DNA of 64,000 nucleotides from positions 104,906,001-104,970,000 of the forward strand of contig NC_086108.1 in assembly GCF_963921235.1 (NCBI RefSeq), given 5' to 3'. Made by a program: the position numbers and the translations under genes. The DNA comes from Mobula hypostoma (Eukaryota). The first letter of the stretch is position 1, and each line of letters opens with the position of its first letter. The notes below the pieces were generated by a model. It saw nothing but the letters and a program-made list of their open reading frames with translations. It did not search any database and had not been told where the DNA came from. Shown here piece by piece: positions 51,668 through 63,753 of this stretch.

Positions 51668-52195
51668 CAAATTTGAGGAAGGACATTCTTGCTATTGAGG
51701 GAGTGCAGCGTAGGTTCACAAGGTTAATTTCCGGGATGGCGGGACTGTCATATGTCGAAAGATTGGAGCGACTGGGCTTGTATACACTGGAATTTAGAAG
51801 GCTGAGAGGGGATCTTATTGAAGCATATAAGATTATTAAGGGATTGGACACACAGCAGGCAGGAAGCATGTTCCCACTGATGGGTGAGTCCAGAACCAGA
51901 GGCCACAGTTTAAGAATTAGGGGTAGGCCATTTAGATCAGAGTTGAGGAAAAACTTTTTCCACCCAGAGAGTGGTGGGTATATGGAATGCTCTGCCCCAG
52001 AAGGCTGTGGAGGCCAAGTCTCTGGATGCTTTCATAAAAAAAAAATGGATAGAGTTCTTAAAGATAGCGGAATCAAAAGTTATGGGGATAAGGCAGGAAC
52101 TGGATACTGATTGTGGATGATCAGCCATGATCACAGTGAATGGCGGTGCTGGCTCAAAGGGCTGAATGGCCTACTCCTGCACCTATTGTCTATTG
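51668..52195 (+). mobile_element. CR1-clade LINE 3' end (same subfamily as 46363-46825)
   Basis: RKDILAIEGVQRRFTRLISGMAGLSYVERLERLGLYTLEFRRLRGDLIEAYK, ending CCTATTGTCTATTG. Confidence 0.9.
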
Positions 52196-53070
52196 GGATA
52201 GTATAGCACAGTTCAAGCCTTTCAGTCTGCAACATTTATTTATTTAGCAATACCGTGTGGAGTAGACCCTTCAGAACCTGCAGGCCATGTGGCACCAGCA
52301 GTCCCACAACCTCCATTAACTACAACCTAATCATGGGACAATTTATAATAACCCATTAACTTGCCCGGTACATTTGTAAGATGAAACTCGAGCACCTGGG
52401 GAAAACCTACACAGTCCATAGTGAGACCATTCAGAGACTCCTTACAGAACAGCGTTGGAATTGAACGCAAAACTCCAGAACTCCCAAAACCATAATAACA
52501 TCTTGCAAATCCTTACACTAACATGGCTCCCATATTATGCTGACTTTTTAAACCTACTCTAAGATCAAGCTAACCCTTCTCTCCCACATAGCCCTCCAGT
52601 TTTCTTTCGTCCATGTGTCTATGTTAGAGTTTCTTAAATGTACTTAATGTACTTGCCTATTCCACCATCCCTGCCAGGACATTCCATATACCCATCACTC
52701 TGTAAAAAACCTACCTGACAGCCCCTTATACTTTTCTCCAATCAGCTTAAAATTATGCCCCCTCGTATTAGCCATTTCCATCCTGAGAAAATGTCTCTGG
52801 CTATGCACTTGATCTATGCCTTTTATCATCTTGTACCCATCCATCAGGTCATCGCTTGTTCTTCACCCTAAAGAGAAAAGCCCTAGCTCATTCAACTTGT
52901 TTTCATAAAACATGCATAATCCTGGTAAATCTCATTTGCACCTTCTCTAAAACTTTCACACCCTTTCTATAATAGAGACCTGAAGTGACCACAATACTCC
53001 AGGTAGCTAAAGTACATCTCATTTCTGAACATAAAGATAAACTGTCTTCTCTGGATAACTTCCAAGTAAA

Positions 53071-53621
53071 TACACCCAGTGGTCACTTTATTAAGTACCT
53101 CCTGTACCTAATAAAGTGGCTGCAGAGTGCATATTATTGGAGTTTTGTTGTGTAGCCCATCCAGTTCAAGGTTGAATATGTTGTGCATTCAGAGATGCTC
53201 TTCTGCACACCACTGTTGTAACATGTTGTTATTTGAGTTACTGTCACCTTGAGCCAGTCTGACTATTCTCCTCTAACCTCTCTCAATAGCAAGGCATCTT
53301 CACCCACAAAACTGCCACTCACTGGATGCTTTATTGTTTTTTGGCACCATTCTCTGTAAACTCTAAAGACTGTTGTTCATGAAAATCATAGGAGATCAGT
53401 AGTTTTTTTAAGATACTCAAAGCACAACATCCGGCGCCAACACCCATTACACAGTCAAAGTAACGAAGATCACATTTCTTACCCATTCTGATGTTTGGTC
53501 TGAACAGCAAGTGAACCTTTTGACCATGACTGTATGCTTTTCCGCATTGAGTTGCCACCACGATTAGTTAATTTGATATTTGCATTAATGAGCAGGTGCA
53601 CCTAATAAAGTGGCCACTGAT
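53071..53621 (-). mobile_element. Non-autonomous Tc1 deletion derivative (N-terminal DNA-binding region only) with a terminal TIR hairpin
   Basis: TIR-like CAGTGGCCACTTTATTAGGT occurs three times. Minus strand encodes a degenerate MGKKCDL..FD..M.VGA Tc1 N-terminus. Confidence 0.8.
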
Positions 53622-53862
53622 GCAGCTCTTGTCACCCTGTTACCAGAGTGAGGTGGGAAATTTGGAGAAGAGGTTCAACAAGGTGCTGCTTGGTTTAGAG
53701 AGTACTAGTTATTGGGAGAGGTTGGGCAAACTCTGCAGTGTCAGAGGCTGAGGGGAGACCTCATAGAAGTAAGGAAAATTACAAGAGGCAGAAGTAGATT
53801 CTTTCCCCAGGTTAGGAATATCAAATGCTAAAGGTCATAGCTTTAAGATGAGAGGGGAAAAG

Positions 53863-54349
53863 TGTCAGGACACTGAAGCAGGAACTCAATTGCAGACAGT
53901 ACTGTGCACACTGTGATAGTTACTGAGTAGCAAATCCAAGAGGGCAACAAAAGTCAGCCTCAAAGTTCAGGCAGAGATCAAAACCTCCAGGGAAATCCAA
54001 AACCAGAATCGGGAAACAGGTAGAGTTGACAGACAGACAGAGTACAGATACAAATGCTGGAAAGGCTCAGGAAAATTCACTGGCATAATCTGGCAACAAA
54101 CAGGTGAAAACACAGGACTGAAATACACTGAGCAATAAATGGAGAGGCAGATGATAGGTGGAGCACAATGAGACACAGGTGGCAGCAATACAAGTAATAA
54201 TGAGAAGCAGATAAGAGACAGAGTACTCAGTAATATAGGGGCTGGAGTAGAGCAGGAGTGGGGACAGGAGCACATGGTAATACAAAACCACAGACTGACA
54301 GTGAGGGGGAAACACACAAAAAGACAGAGTTCAACTGGAGCTACTGACA
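53863..54349 (-). mobile_element. Solo LTR (~490 bp)
   Basis: TGTCAG...CTGACA termini and an approximate 5-bp TSD (AAAAG/GAAAG), inside a CR1 fragment. Homologous in reverse orientation to 15033-16338. Confidence 0.8.
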
Positions 54350-55029
54350 GAAAGTTTTTAAGTTGCCAGTGGTAGGTTTTAACACAGAGAGCAGTCAGTG
54401 CACTGAGTGTGTGCCACCAGGGGAGGTGGTGGTGGAAGCATGCACAATTCTGGAGTTTAAGGGTCATTTAGAACCTTCTTCCTGTTTTCTGTAATGTGCT
54501 TGTTCCTGTGTTTTCATTGCGATTTCAAAACACAGCTCTCTTTCCAGATGATGGATTTGAATTCCTTTCAGTAGAGTCATCGCGTCACAGGACACTACAG
54601 CACAGAAACAGGCCCATTGGTCAGTCCGGCATAGACCAGACTGTGCTGAACTATTACACTGCCAAATCCCATCGACCTATACCCGGACCATAGTCCTCCA
54701 TATTCCTCCAACATATATACTTATCCAAACTTCTCTTAAATAATGAAATCAAACCCACATCTACCACTTCCACTGGCAGCTTTTTCCACATCCTTACCAC
54801 CCTCTGAGTGAAGATTTTTCCCCTCATCTTCCCCTTAAAAATTTCATTTTTCACCCTTAACCCATAACCTCTAGTTTCTCACAACCTCAGTGGAAAAAGC
54901 CTGCTTGCATTTACCCTATCTGTACCCCTGATATGACCTTATTACACCATTCTATGCCTGACACGTAACAATAATAAACAAATTCCAATTCCAATTCGTC
55001 TCTAGACCTCTCCTATTCATATGTTATTT

Positions 55030-55885
55030 TCAAAGTTCATAGTAAATTTATTATCAAAGTACATATATATCACCATATACAACCGAGATTCAATTTCTTG
55101 TGGGCATACTCAATAAATCTATAATAGAATAATAAAATAATAGAATCAATGAAAGTCCGCACTACCTTGGGCATTCAACCAGTGCACAGAAGACAGCAAA
55201 CTGTGCAACTGCTAAAAGAAAAAAATAATAATAATAAATAACTAAGCAGTGAAAATTGAGAACTTGAGATGAAGAGTCCTTGAAAGTGAGTCCATAGGTT
55301 GTGGGAATGAAGTTGAGTGAAGGGATCTCCCTTTGGTTCAAGAGCCTGATGGTTGAGGGGTAGTAACTGTTCTTGAACTTGGTGGTGTGAGTCCTGAGGC
55401 TCCTGTACCTTCTTCCTGATGGCAGTAGAAAGAAGAGGACATGTGCTGGGTGTTGGGGGTCCTTGATGATGGATGCTGCTTTCCTGCAGCTGTGCTTCAT
55501 GTAAATGTGCTCAATGGTGGAGAGGGCTTTACCTGTGAGCTGTATCCATTACTTTTTGTTCAAGGGAAAGGGTGTTGGTGTTTTCATACCTGGCTGTCAT
55601 GCAGCCAGTCAGTATATTCTCCACCACACAGCTACAGAAGTTTGTCAAAGTTTTAAATGTCATGCTGAATCTTCACAAACTCCTAACAAAGTAGAGGTGC
55701 TGCTGTTCTTTCTTTGCTGGACCCAAGCCAGATCCTCTGAAGTGATAACACTGACGAATTTAAAGTTCTCCACGTCTGATCCTTCACTGAGGACCAGCTC
55801 ATGGATCTCTGCTTTCCTCCTCCTGAAGTCAATAATCAATTCTTTGGTCTTTGGTCTTGCTGACATTGATTAAGAGGCTGTTCTT
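55030..55885 (-). mobile_element. Rex/Babar-type LINE fragment
   Basis: KTKELIIDFRR...KAASIIKDPQHPAHVLFFLLPSGRRYRSLRTHTTKFKNSYYP. Confidence 0.82.
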
Positions 55886-56818
55886 GCAAGAGATCTTGTA
55901 ATCATTACCATTGACACAGCCTCAACTACTTCCTCTGGCAGCTCATTCCATGGAGAAGTTGCTCCTTGAGACCACTCAATCCTACACAAATTCTACACTA
56001 TTCCCCTTTCTTCTACTCCTCTCACATTATCATCACCCTCCAACCCCCCCGATTCCACCACTCACCTAAACACGAGGATCAATGTCCAGTTGCCAGTAAC
56101 CTACAGACCTGCATGACTTTAGGATATGGGAGGAAACAGGAACACCCAGTGGAAATACAGATGGCCACACTGAGAACGTGCAGACTCCACACAGACAACA
56201 CCAGAGACTGGGACTGGCCTGTGCCTCTGGCACAGGAGCAAACTCATACTTACAGAAATGGAGAAGATCCAGACCGTGAGGAATATGCCTCATCTGTCAC
56301 TGGCTACAACAGTAAGTGTGTAGACGATGTTGGTACCTCGAGGATGGTCATTTCATAGCCCAACCAGGAGCTGAGGATAAACACAGGGGCATGCTTCCTA
56401 CTCAAAGCTCGGGATGTTGTCTTCAAGCCAGCTGACAGAACAACTCTCAAAGTGGCCAGGAGAAACATCATCTTAGGCCTCAAGAGGGCAAAGACTGCCT
56501 TTGCTCAAAAAATTCAGGAACACCTGTCTAATTCATTCAACTTCAGTCACCCCATCACTGTGCTATTCCCACAACATATGGACTCACTTTTAAGGACTCT
56601 TCATCACATGTTCTTGATATTTATTGCTCACTTGTTTATTATTAGTATTTATTTCCTTTGCATTTGCACAGTTTGTTGGTTTTTTTAACACATTGTTTGT
56701 TGTCAGTCTTGTTGGGTGTGGACTTTCACTGATTCTATTGTGTTGCTTGTATTTACTGTGAATGCCTGCAAGAAAATGAATCACATGGTTGTAAATGGTT
56801 AGGTATATGTACTTTGAT

Positions 56819-56995
56819 ACTGGTCCCAAGCTGTATGGGTCGTAATGCCCTTCCCTTGGACAACCTCGGTGGCATGGAGAGGGGCGACTTGCAGTATGGG
56901 CAACTGCCGGTCTTCCATACAACCTTGCCGAGGCCTGCGCCCTGGAAACCTTCCAAGGCGCAAATCCATGGTCTCACGAGACTAACGGATGCCTA
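56819..56995 (+). mobile_element. 5'-truncated copy of the CORE-like SINE
   Basis: Matches 22860-23040. 15-bp TSD TATATGTACTTTGAT at 56804-56818 and 56996-57010. Confidence 0.85.
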
Positions 56996-57029
56996 TATAT
57001 GTACTTTGATGATTAATTTACTATTAACT

Positions 57030-58470
57030 TTTCAATAACAATACCCGGCGTACATGGCTGGGCATCCAGGGCATCTCTGACATACGCAAGGAAAAATAAC
57101 ATTAACTGGGTAGTGACGCCTCCCTCCCTGATGCTCTAAACAACTTTTATGTACGTTTCAAGACTTGCAACACAATTCTGGTCATGAAAACTACTCCTCT
57201 GTCAGGTTAGCAGAGAACTCTACACCTTCAGAACTAAACATCTACTGCATGATGGCACTGACACCAATCTTCATGAAGTGCCTTGAACAGATGGTAATGG
57301 CATATATCAAAAACTCCACACCTGCCACATTGGACTCTCACCAATATGCTTACCTACAGAACCTCTACAATAAATGCCATAGCATCTGTCATACGCCTGG
57401 CCCTGACATTCTTTCAGAATGCCGTTTCTGTAATTCAGCTCGGCATTCAAAACTATTGTCCCACAGACTTTGGTGAACAAACTCCTACTCCTCAGTCTAA
57501 ATACACCACTGAGTAACAGGGTGTTGGACTTCCTAACCCACAGATTTCAGATAGTCAGCATGCAGACCCGCTCCTTCCCCCCCTATAATCCTCAATACAG
57601 CGTCTCTCGGGGCTGTCTGCTGAGCCTATTGCTGAATACTCTGCTCGCAGATGACTGCATGGCCAAACACCCCAAGAAATCACATTGTCAAGTTCGCCAA
57701 TGACACAACAGTGGAGGGGCTCATCTCTGGCAATGATGAGATGGCCTGCAGAGAGGAGTTGGAAAAGCTCAAGTCCTGGTGCCAGGCAAATAACCTTTTC
57801 CCCAATTCCAACAAGACAAAGGAGATGGTTATTGACCTCACCCCACACATCCCTCTTTACATCAGTGGCACAGCAGTGGAAACTGCAAACAGTTCAAACT
57901 CATGAGAGTGCACATCTCACACAACCTCTCATAGACCCGGAACACATTCCACACAATCAGGAAAGCTCACCAACACCTCTACTTTCTGAAGAGAACAGGA
58001 CTATGCACATTATTCTCACATTGTTCTACAGATGTGCAATAGAGGGCATGGAACAGAAACCGTACTGCGGCAGAGAGGGAGGCTCTAAATCAGGTAGTCA
58101 AAAATGCCCAATGCATCACTGACATCAGCCTACCTGTCATCAGGGACATCCCATCCACCCTGCTCACGGACTGTCTGTCCCTCTCCCATCTGGGAGGAGG
58201 CTACGTAGCATCTACATCTGGATCACCAGACTCTAAAGCAGTTCATTTCCCCAATCAGTAAGACTGATCAATACCTCTGCCCACTAACCCAATGCTCCAC
58301 ACCCCCAAGCACCACTACTTAATTATTTCCTGTCAATCACCTTATGTACAGACACTCCTGTGCCTGGCATCAGTCTATGGATACCAGTCTATGCACAGTG
58401 TATAAACTATTCTATGTACTTATATTTATTGTGTTTTTAACATTGTTATTGTGTTCTTTATCTTACTGTG
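57030..58470 (+). mobile_element. Degenerate Rex/Babar-type LINE (RT region)
   Basis: ALTPIFMKCLEQMV...[32 protein letters not shown]...KTKEMVID. Multiple frameshifts. Confidence 0.8.
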
Positions 58471-58599
58471 TTGTCAAGTTCTTCATATCAGCTTGGTGCT
58501 CAGAGTGATCCAACCTTGCACACGGGCCCGTTGGACAGGTGAATGGATTGGAAACATTCCAAAGGTTATGGACCTTCAAATACTATGACATGGGATCGG

Positions 58600-59088
58600 C
58601 TTGGATGAGGCACCGTGGTCAGATAGACCAGCTGGGCAGAAGAGCCTCCTTCCGTTAGACCTCCAAGAGGACAACAATCGTGTCATAGGGTTTGGAAGCT
58701 ATGACCCAGAATGGCCCAGAAAGCTATGCTGACTGGAGTCAGTGCTTTATGCTTTGGCTCTTGTAGGGTCACCCATGCCAAACAGGTCAAAGGGTAGAGG
58801 CCCCTAGTCCTCTAAGAGTGTCCCCCAGTCCTCCAGGTTCAGAGTTTCAGCTCAGAGCTAATAACCCTGACGGGTCAAACAAAATTGTTATGGAAAGAGC
58901 AATGAAGAATCCTTCTACTTCTGAGTGTGCCGGTATTCCTGAGTCTCCAGCAGAAATTTGCATGACTGACAGTAGTGAAAGCAGCGAAGCAGCTACCGAC
59001 ATGGTGAAGGAAGCCTTTAATATGGCTAGAGATGGAGGATCTTCATAGTTGCCCTGAACACCAGTAGCATAGTGGACAGTAAGTGAGT
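58600..59088 (+). mobile_element. Internally deleted (bipartite) RTE-type element; reverse copy at ~37686-38010
   Basis: 5' part CCAAACAGGTCAAAGGGTAGAGG...GTCCTCCAGGTT...TTGTTATGGAAA is joined to ATGGAGGATCTTCATAGTTGCCCT...AGTAAGT, an RTE-like ORF end and tail. Confidence 0.6.
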
Positions 59089-59204
59089 ACCCTGTCTGAG
59101 CATATGAAGGAGATAGTTCCACCAGCATTACAAGAAAACAGGCAGATTGTCCATTTCTCATTTCTGTTTTTCTTCAATTATCGTTTTGCAATAACTTTGA
59201 TTAA

Positions 59205-59520
59205 AGATGAAAAGATTAGCTTTATTTGTCATGTATACATTGAAACATTAAACCATCGCTTGTGTGAATAAAATGCGCAATCTGAGGATGTTGCTGGGAG
59301 CAGCCCACAGGTGTTGCTGTGCCTCTGGCGCCAACATAGTATGTCCACAGCTCACTAACTCTAACCTGTACGTCTTTGAAATGTGGGAGGAAACTGGAGC
59401 TCCCGGAGGAAACCCACATGGTGACTGGGAGAGCGTACTATCTCCTCATAGACAGCAGCTCAACTTGAACCCCGTACCATGGCACTGTAAAGTATTATAC
59501 TAGCAGTAATGCTACTGTGA
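59205..59520 (-). mobile_element. V-SINE
   Basis: Reverse V-domain GTGGGAGGAAACTGGAGCTCCCGGAGGAAACCCAC. Confidence 0.78.
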
Positions 59521-60059
59521 CACACATAGCTGTGGTTATAGGATAGACGTTGATCGGGGGGAGGGGAAGGGGCATCCGATCTGATAAACAGTCACTCTGA
59601 CAGTGCTGTTCCCCCTCCCCCACCACCTTAGCACTGCCCTGACCACGGAACATAACCAGAATCAGAATCAGAATCAGGTTTAATGTCATGACGCACAGTA
59701 CGTCATAAGGTTTGCTGTTTTGGAACAGCAGGACAATGGAATACATAAACACACAATAAACCATAATAAGAAATAGTTCTAAAAATTCAAATTGAATATG
59801 TGGTGCAAAGAGAGAGCAAAAATCGTGAGATAGTGTTCACAGTTTAGTTCACAGACGACTCAGAACTCTGCTGGCTGAGGAGAAGACGCTGTTCCTAAAA
59901 CATTGAGTGTGGGTCTTCAGGCTCCTGTACCTCCGCTCTGGTGGTAGTAATGAAAGAGCATGTGCTGGGTGATGGGGTTCTTAATGATAGATGTTGCCTT
60001 TTTGCCAATAAAATAAAAAATCAAACATGCCAAAAAATTGACAATTACACATATATGTA

Positions 60060-60340
60060 ATTTATCTATTTATTTAGAGATATAGCACGGAGCAGGTCCT
60101 TCTGGCCCAACGAGTTGCTGCGCTCAGCAACTCACCCATTTAACCCTAGCCTAACCACAGGACAATTTACAGTGACCAATTAACCTATTAACCTGTAGGT
60201 CTTTGGACTGCGGGAGGAAACCAGAGCACCCGGAGGAAACCCATGCGTTCACAGGGAGTACATACAAACTCCTTGCAGAGGGCACTGGGATTGAACTCTG
60301 AGCTGTAGTAGCATCGTGCTAACCACTACACTACCGTGGC
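60060..60340 (-). mobile_element. HE1-like V-SINE
   Basis: Well-preserved reverse copy with head GCTAACCACTACACTACCGTG, V-domain and tail. Confidence 0.82.
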
Positions 60341-61229
60341 AGCAACTCCCTAACAGCTCCTATGACACAATACACGCAAATGAAGTGTTTTTGCAGAGAT
60401 ATAGCCAAAGTAATTTAATCACGCAGATGGTAAAACTACTGGTAAAATACTTTATTGTTTGATACTTAGATCCAGCTGCTCCCCATGGGCCTCCCCGACA
60501 CCAGGAAGTGATGGTTGTTCTAATCACTGTAACGTTGTAAACATGACAGCAGGATTTCCTGCAACCCTGTTTTCCTCCAAAACTGGTAAGCCCCATTCCA
60601 AATTGTCTTGGTGACTAGAATAAAGTCATAAAATCAAATAGTTTGGATAGGGGGCAGAATTTAAGTCACTATAGCTATGTTTCAAGCAGCGAGCCAATTA
60701 ATCAGGCCCTTTCTACACAACATTGCGATTATTGTTTTCAACTGTATTTTCAAATCCATTCTGAAGGTGACTGTTGTGTCCGATCCCACAGACACTACCT
60801 TCAAGATCACATTTCACCGTGAGAAACTGAATAATTTTCTCCTCATCTTCCCTCTGAACATTGGCCCAATTATCTTAAATCTGCTCTGCCTAATTGCTGA
60901 CACTCCAGCAGCCTTCTTTCTTGCATTATTAAAAATCCTACTAACTTACAACATCATTAAAAACTATGTTTTAATTTTGTTTCCTGCAGAGAATGACCTC
61001 AGCTTATTAAAGCAGCGATTGAAGAATATCAGCTGGGAGCTGGGGAGGTGCATCATTAAGAGCCACATCACTGAGGAAATGCCCTCTTCTATTAGAGAGG
61101 AGGTACAGGACCCTGAAGATCCACACACAATGTTTTAGAAAGAAGTTTTTTCTACTGCACCATCAGATTTCTGAATGGACAATGAATACTACCTCACTAC
61201 TTTTACCTTCTCTTTGGACACTTATTATT

Positions 61230-62530
61230 TATTAGGAACACCTGTGCACTTGGTCGTTAATGCAAATATCTAATCAGCCAATCATGTGGCAGCAATTCTG
61301 TGCATAAGAGCATGCAGGCATGGTCAAGAGGTTCAGTTGTTGTTCAGAATGGGGGAGGATATGTGATCTAAGTGACTTTGACCGTGGAATGATTGTTGTT
61401 GCCAGACAAGGTGGCTTGAATATCTTAGAATCTGCTGATCTCCTGGGATTTTCATGCTCAACAGTTTGTAGAGTTTACAGCGAATGGTGTGAAAGACAAA
61501 CAGCATCTAGAGAGTGTCAGTTCTGTGGGTGAAAATGCCTTCTTAATGAGAGAGGTCAGAGGAAGTAGCCAGACTGGTCCAAGCTGACAGGAAGGTGACA
61601 GTAACTCAAATAACCACACATTACAACAGTGGTGTGCAGAAGAGCATCTCTGAATGCACAACACATTGAATCACAAATGAGATAAAAGGGTGGGAGGAGA
61701 AGATGGAGACACGACACAGCGCATGCAGCTCTCCAATGAAATGATATCGTATTTGTAAGTAGGACGCCGTGCACAATTCTAATTTGATGGAGACAGATGT
61801 GAGAAGCACAGAGGAACATCTGGAGAAACTTCTGAAATGCCCGGTTCGCTACCGCTGCTATTGTGCGATCGAGAATCTCCGGAGAGAAGGCCCCAAAATC
61901 CCCAGGTTTGCCTGCTGCTGGTGACCGAGGCTGAGGTCGAAGCGTTCAGCAGAGATGGTGCTCGGTACTCGGTGTCGGAGGGCTGATCGGAGGCTCGAAG
62001 TTTTCAGACGACTCAGAGTTGGACGGTGGTCGGGCATGGCAGGGAGAGTTTTCTTCCTTCTCCCGTCTGCGTGAGATGTGGAACTTTTGAGAGACCTTGA
62101 ACTTTTTTACTGTGCCATGGCCTGTTCTTCATCAAGTTATGGTATTGTTGCACTGTTGTAACAATATGTTATAATTATGTGGTTTTTGTTAGTTTTTCAG
62201 TCTTGGTCTGTCCTGTGTTTCTGTGATATCACACCGGAGGAATATTGTATCATTTCTTAACGCATGCATTACTAAATGATAATAAAAGAGGACTGCGTGT
62301 CCTCATAATCTAATCCAATCTAATCTGAAGATGCTGGAAATCAGGTAATGCACACAAAATGCTGGAGGAACTCCATGCCAGGTAGCATCTATGGAAAAGA
62401 GTGAGCAGTCGCTGTTTGAGGGTGAAACTCCCTGAAGTGAGTGGGCTACAGCAGCAGAAGACCCAAATGTTCTCTCAATGGCCACTTTATTGGGTACAGG
62501 AGGTACCTAATAAAGTGGCTACTGAGCGTA
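61230..62530 (+). mobile_element. Copy of the Tc1 deletion derivative, split by later insertions (~61670-62430)
   Basis: CDLSDFDRGMIVVARQGGLNILESADLLGFS at 61360-61460. Resumes at ~62431 (GTGGGCTACAGCAGCAGAAGACC) and ends in the hairpin TGGCCACTTTATTGGGTAC-AGGAG-GTACCTAATAAAGTGGCTA. Confidence 0.8.
61716..62328 (+). mobile_element. CpG-rich non-autonomous non-LTR element of unclear family
   Basis: Starts GAGAAGATGG, has a CpG-rich body and an AT-rich 3' part with AATAAA, and ends (AATCT)n. Lies inside the Tc1 derivative. Confidence 0.6.
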
Positions 62531-62920
62531 TATTATATATTCCTTATTATAATTTATAGAATATTTTATGTATGTACTGTAACGTTGACATAAAACAACA
62601 AATCTCACAACATACTGTATGTCAGTGATACTAACCCTGATCCTGGTTCTGGCTCTGATTCCCTTTGGAACTCTCTTCTGCATTGTTTCTCTTCAGGGGA
62701 AGCGTGGAATTTTACACTGCAGCAGGGGTTACACGACGAAGTTTGTTGAATGGAAGTAAGATGCTCAGAGGTTTTTAAGGAAGTACTTAAAAGTGGCTAA
62801 ATATATCTGAAATAAAGGCAGCAGGTGCTGGAAGTACTCAGCAGGTCAAGCTGCATCGGCACCTAAATGAATCTCTGCCTTCCTTTCCTTTTGAACTAAC
62901 AACAAGCAGCTAAGAGCCAT

Positions 62921-63333
62921 ATTAAATCCACAGCTGCAGACATTGCTAAAAAGTAGCTACTGCCCAGCAGAGTCTTTTGTGGACACTTTCTGGACTCTGA
63001 TAAGTAAAGCAAAAGGAAATATCCCTTGCTAATAGAAGCAGGCAATGGTTTTAAGCATTAACTCCACAGCAGCATACATTGCAAATAAAACATAGCTACT
63101 ACCCAGCCAAGTCTTTTGTGGACACTTTCTGGACTCTGATAAGTAAAGCAAAAGAAAATAACCATCATTAATAGAAGCAGGCAATGGTTTTAAGCATTAA
63201 ATCCACAACAGCACACATTGCAAATAAAACATAGGTACTGCCCAGCAGAGTCTTTTGTGGACATTTTCTGGACTCTGATAAGTAAAGGAAAAGGAAATAT
63301 CCCTTGTTAATAGAAGCAGGCAATGGTTTTAAG
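62921..63333. repeat. Tandem triplication, ~138-bp unit
   Basis: Three diverged copies starting at 62921, 63057 and 63196, sharing GTCTTTTGTGGACA.TTTCTGGACTCTGATAAGTAAAG and AATAGAAGCAGGCAATGGTTTTAAG. Confidence 0.95.
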
Positions 63334-63731
63334 AAGCTTAAGAACAGAACTTGAACTTGCATAGACCTTGCCACAGAGTAAAGAGCCAAAGGCACTTCTT
63401 CATAGAGCGTACAGCAAAGTAAAACTTGACTCCAAAATACATCATAGAATAGAGTGGGCAAATGCTTGGATAAAAATGTTGGTTATAAGATGCACGTTAA
63501 AGGAGACAGGTAGGGAGGTTCGGAGAATAACCTTTTGAAATTAAGGCATTATGGATGAGAACAATAAAGAGTCAATAGAGAGATGCATAATATATAGAAC
63601 TTCCGTACAACAGCATGCCATTAGTGAAGAAGACTTCTTTTCCAAATGATTCTTGCCTGAAGTCTTCCCATTTATTAAAGGTAGCTAGCACAACTATTGC
63701 ATGGGGTTCACGTTTCTGTTGCCCCACTTAC

Positions 63732-63753
63732 CACACAGTAAGACGAATTTCAT
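63732..63753 (-). CDS. ADGRL4: ADGRL4/ELTD1 coding exon 1 (start of signal peptide, MKFVLLC + first base of V)
   Basis: Minus strand reads ggctcc ATG AAA TTC GTC TTA CTG TGT G|GTAAGT, a perfect donor at phase 1. It joins exon 2 in frame (G+TG = Val). The short MK-hydrophobic start resembles vertebrate ELTD1 N-termini as I recall them. Confidence 0.85.

Noticed and set aside
60677..61138. 153-aa ORF
   Set aside because: A patchwork of degenerate CR1 (minus) and Rex (plus) fragments with no coherent domain.
62921..63333. Repeat-spacer-like appearance
   Set aside because: The whole ~138-bp unit is duplicated. The intervening parts are homologous, not unique spacers.
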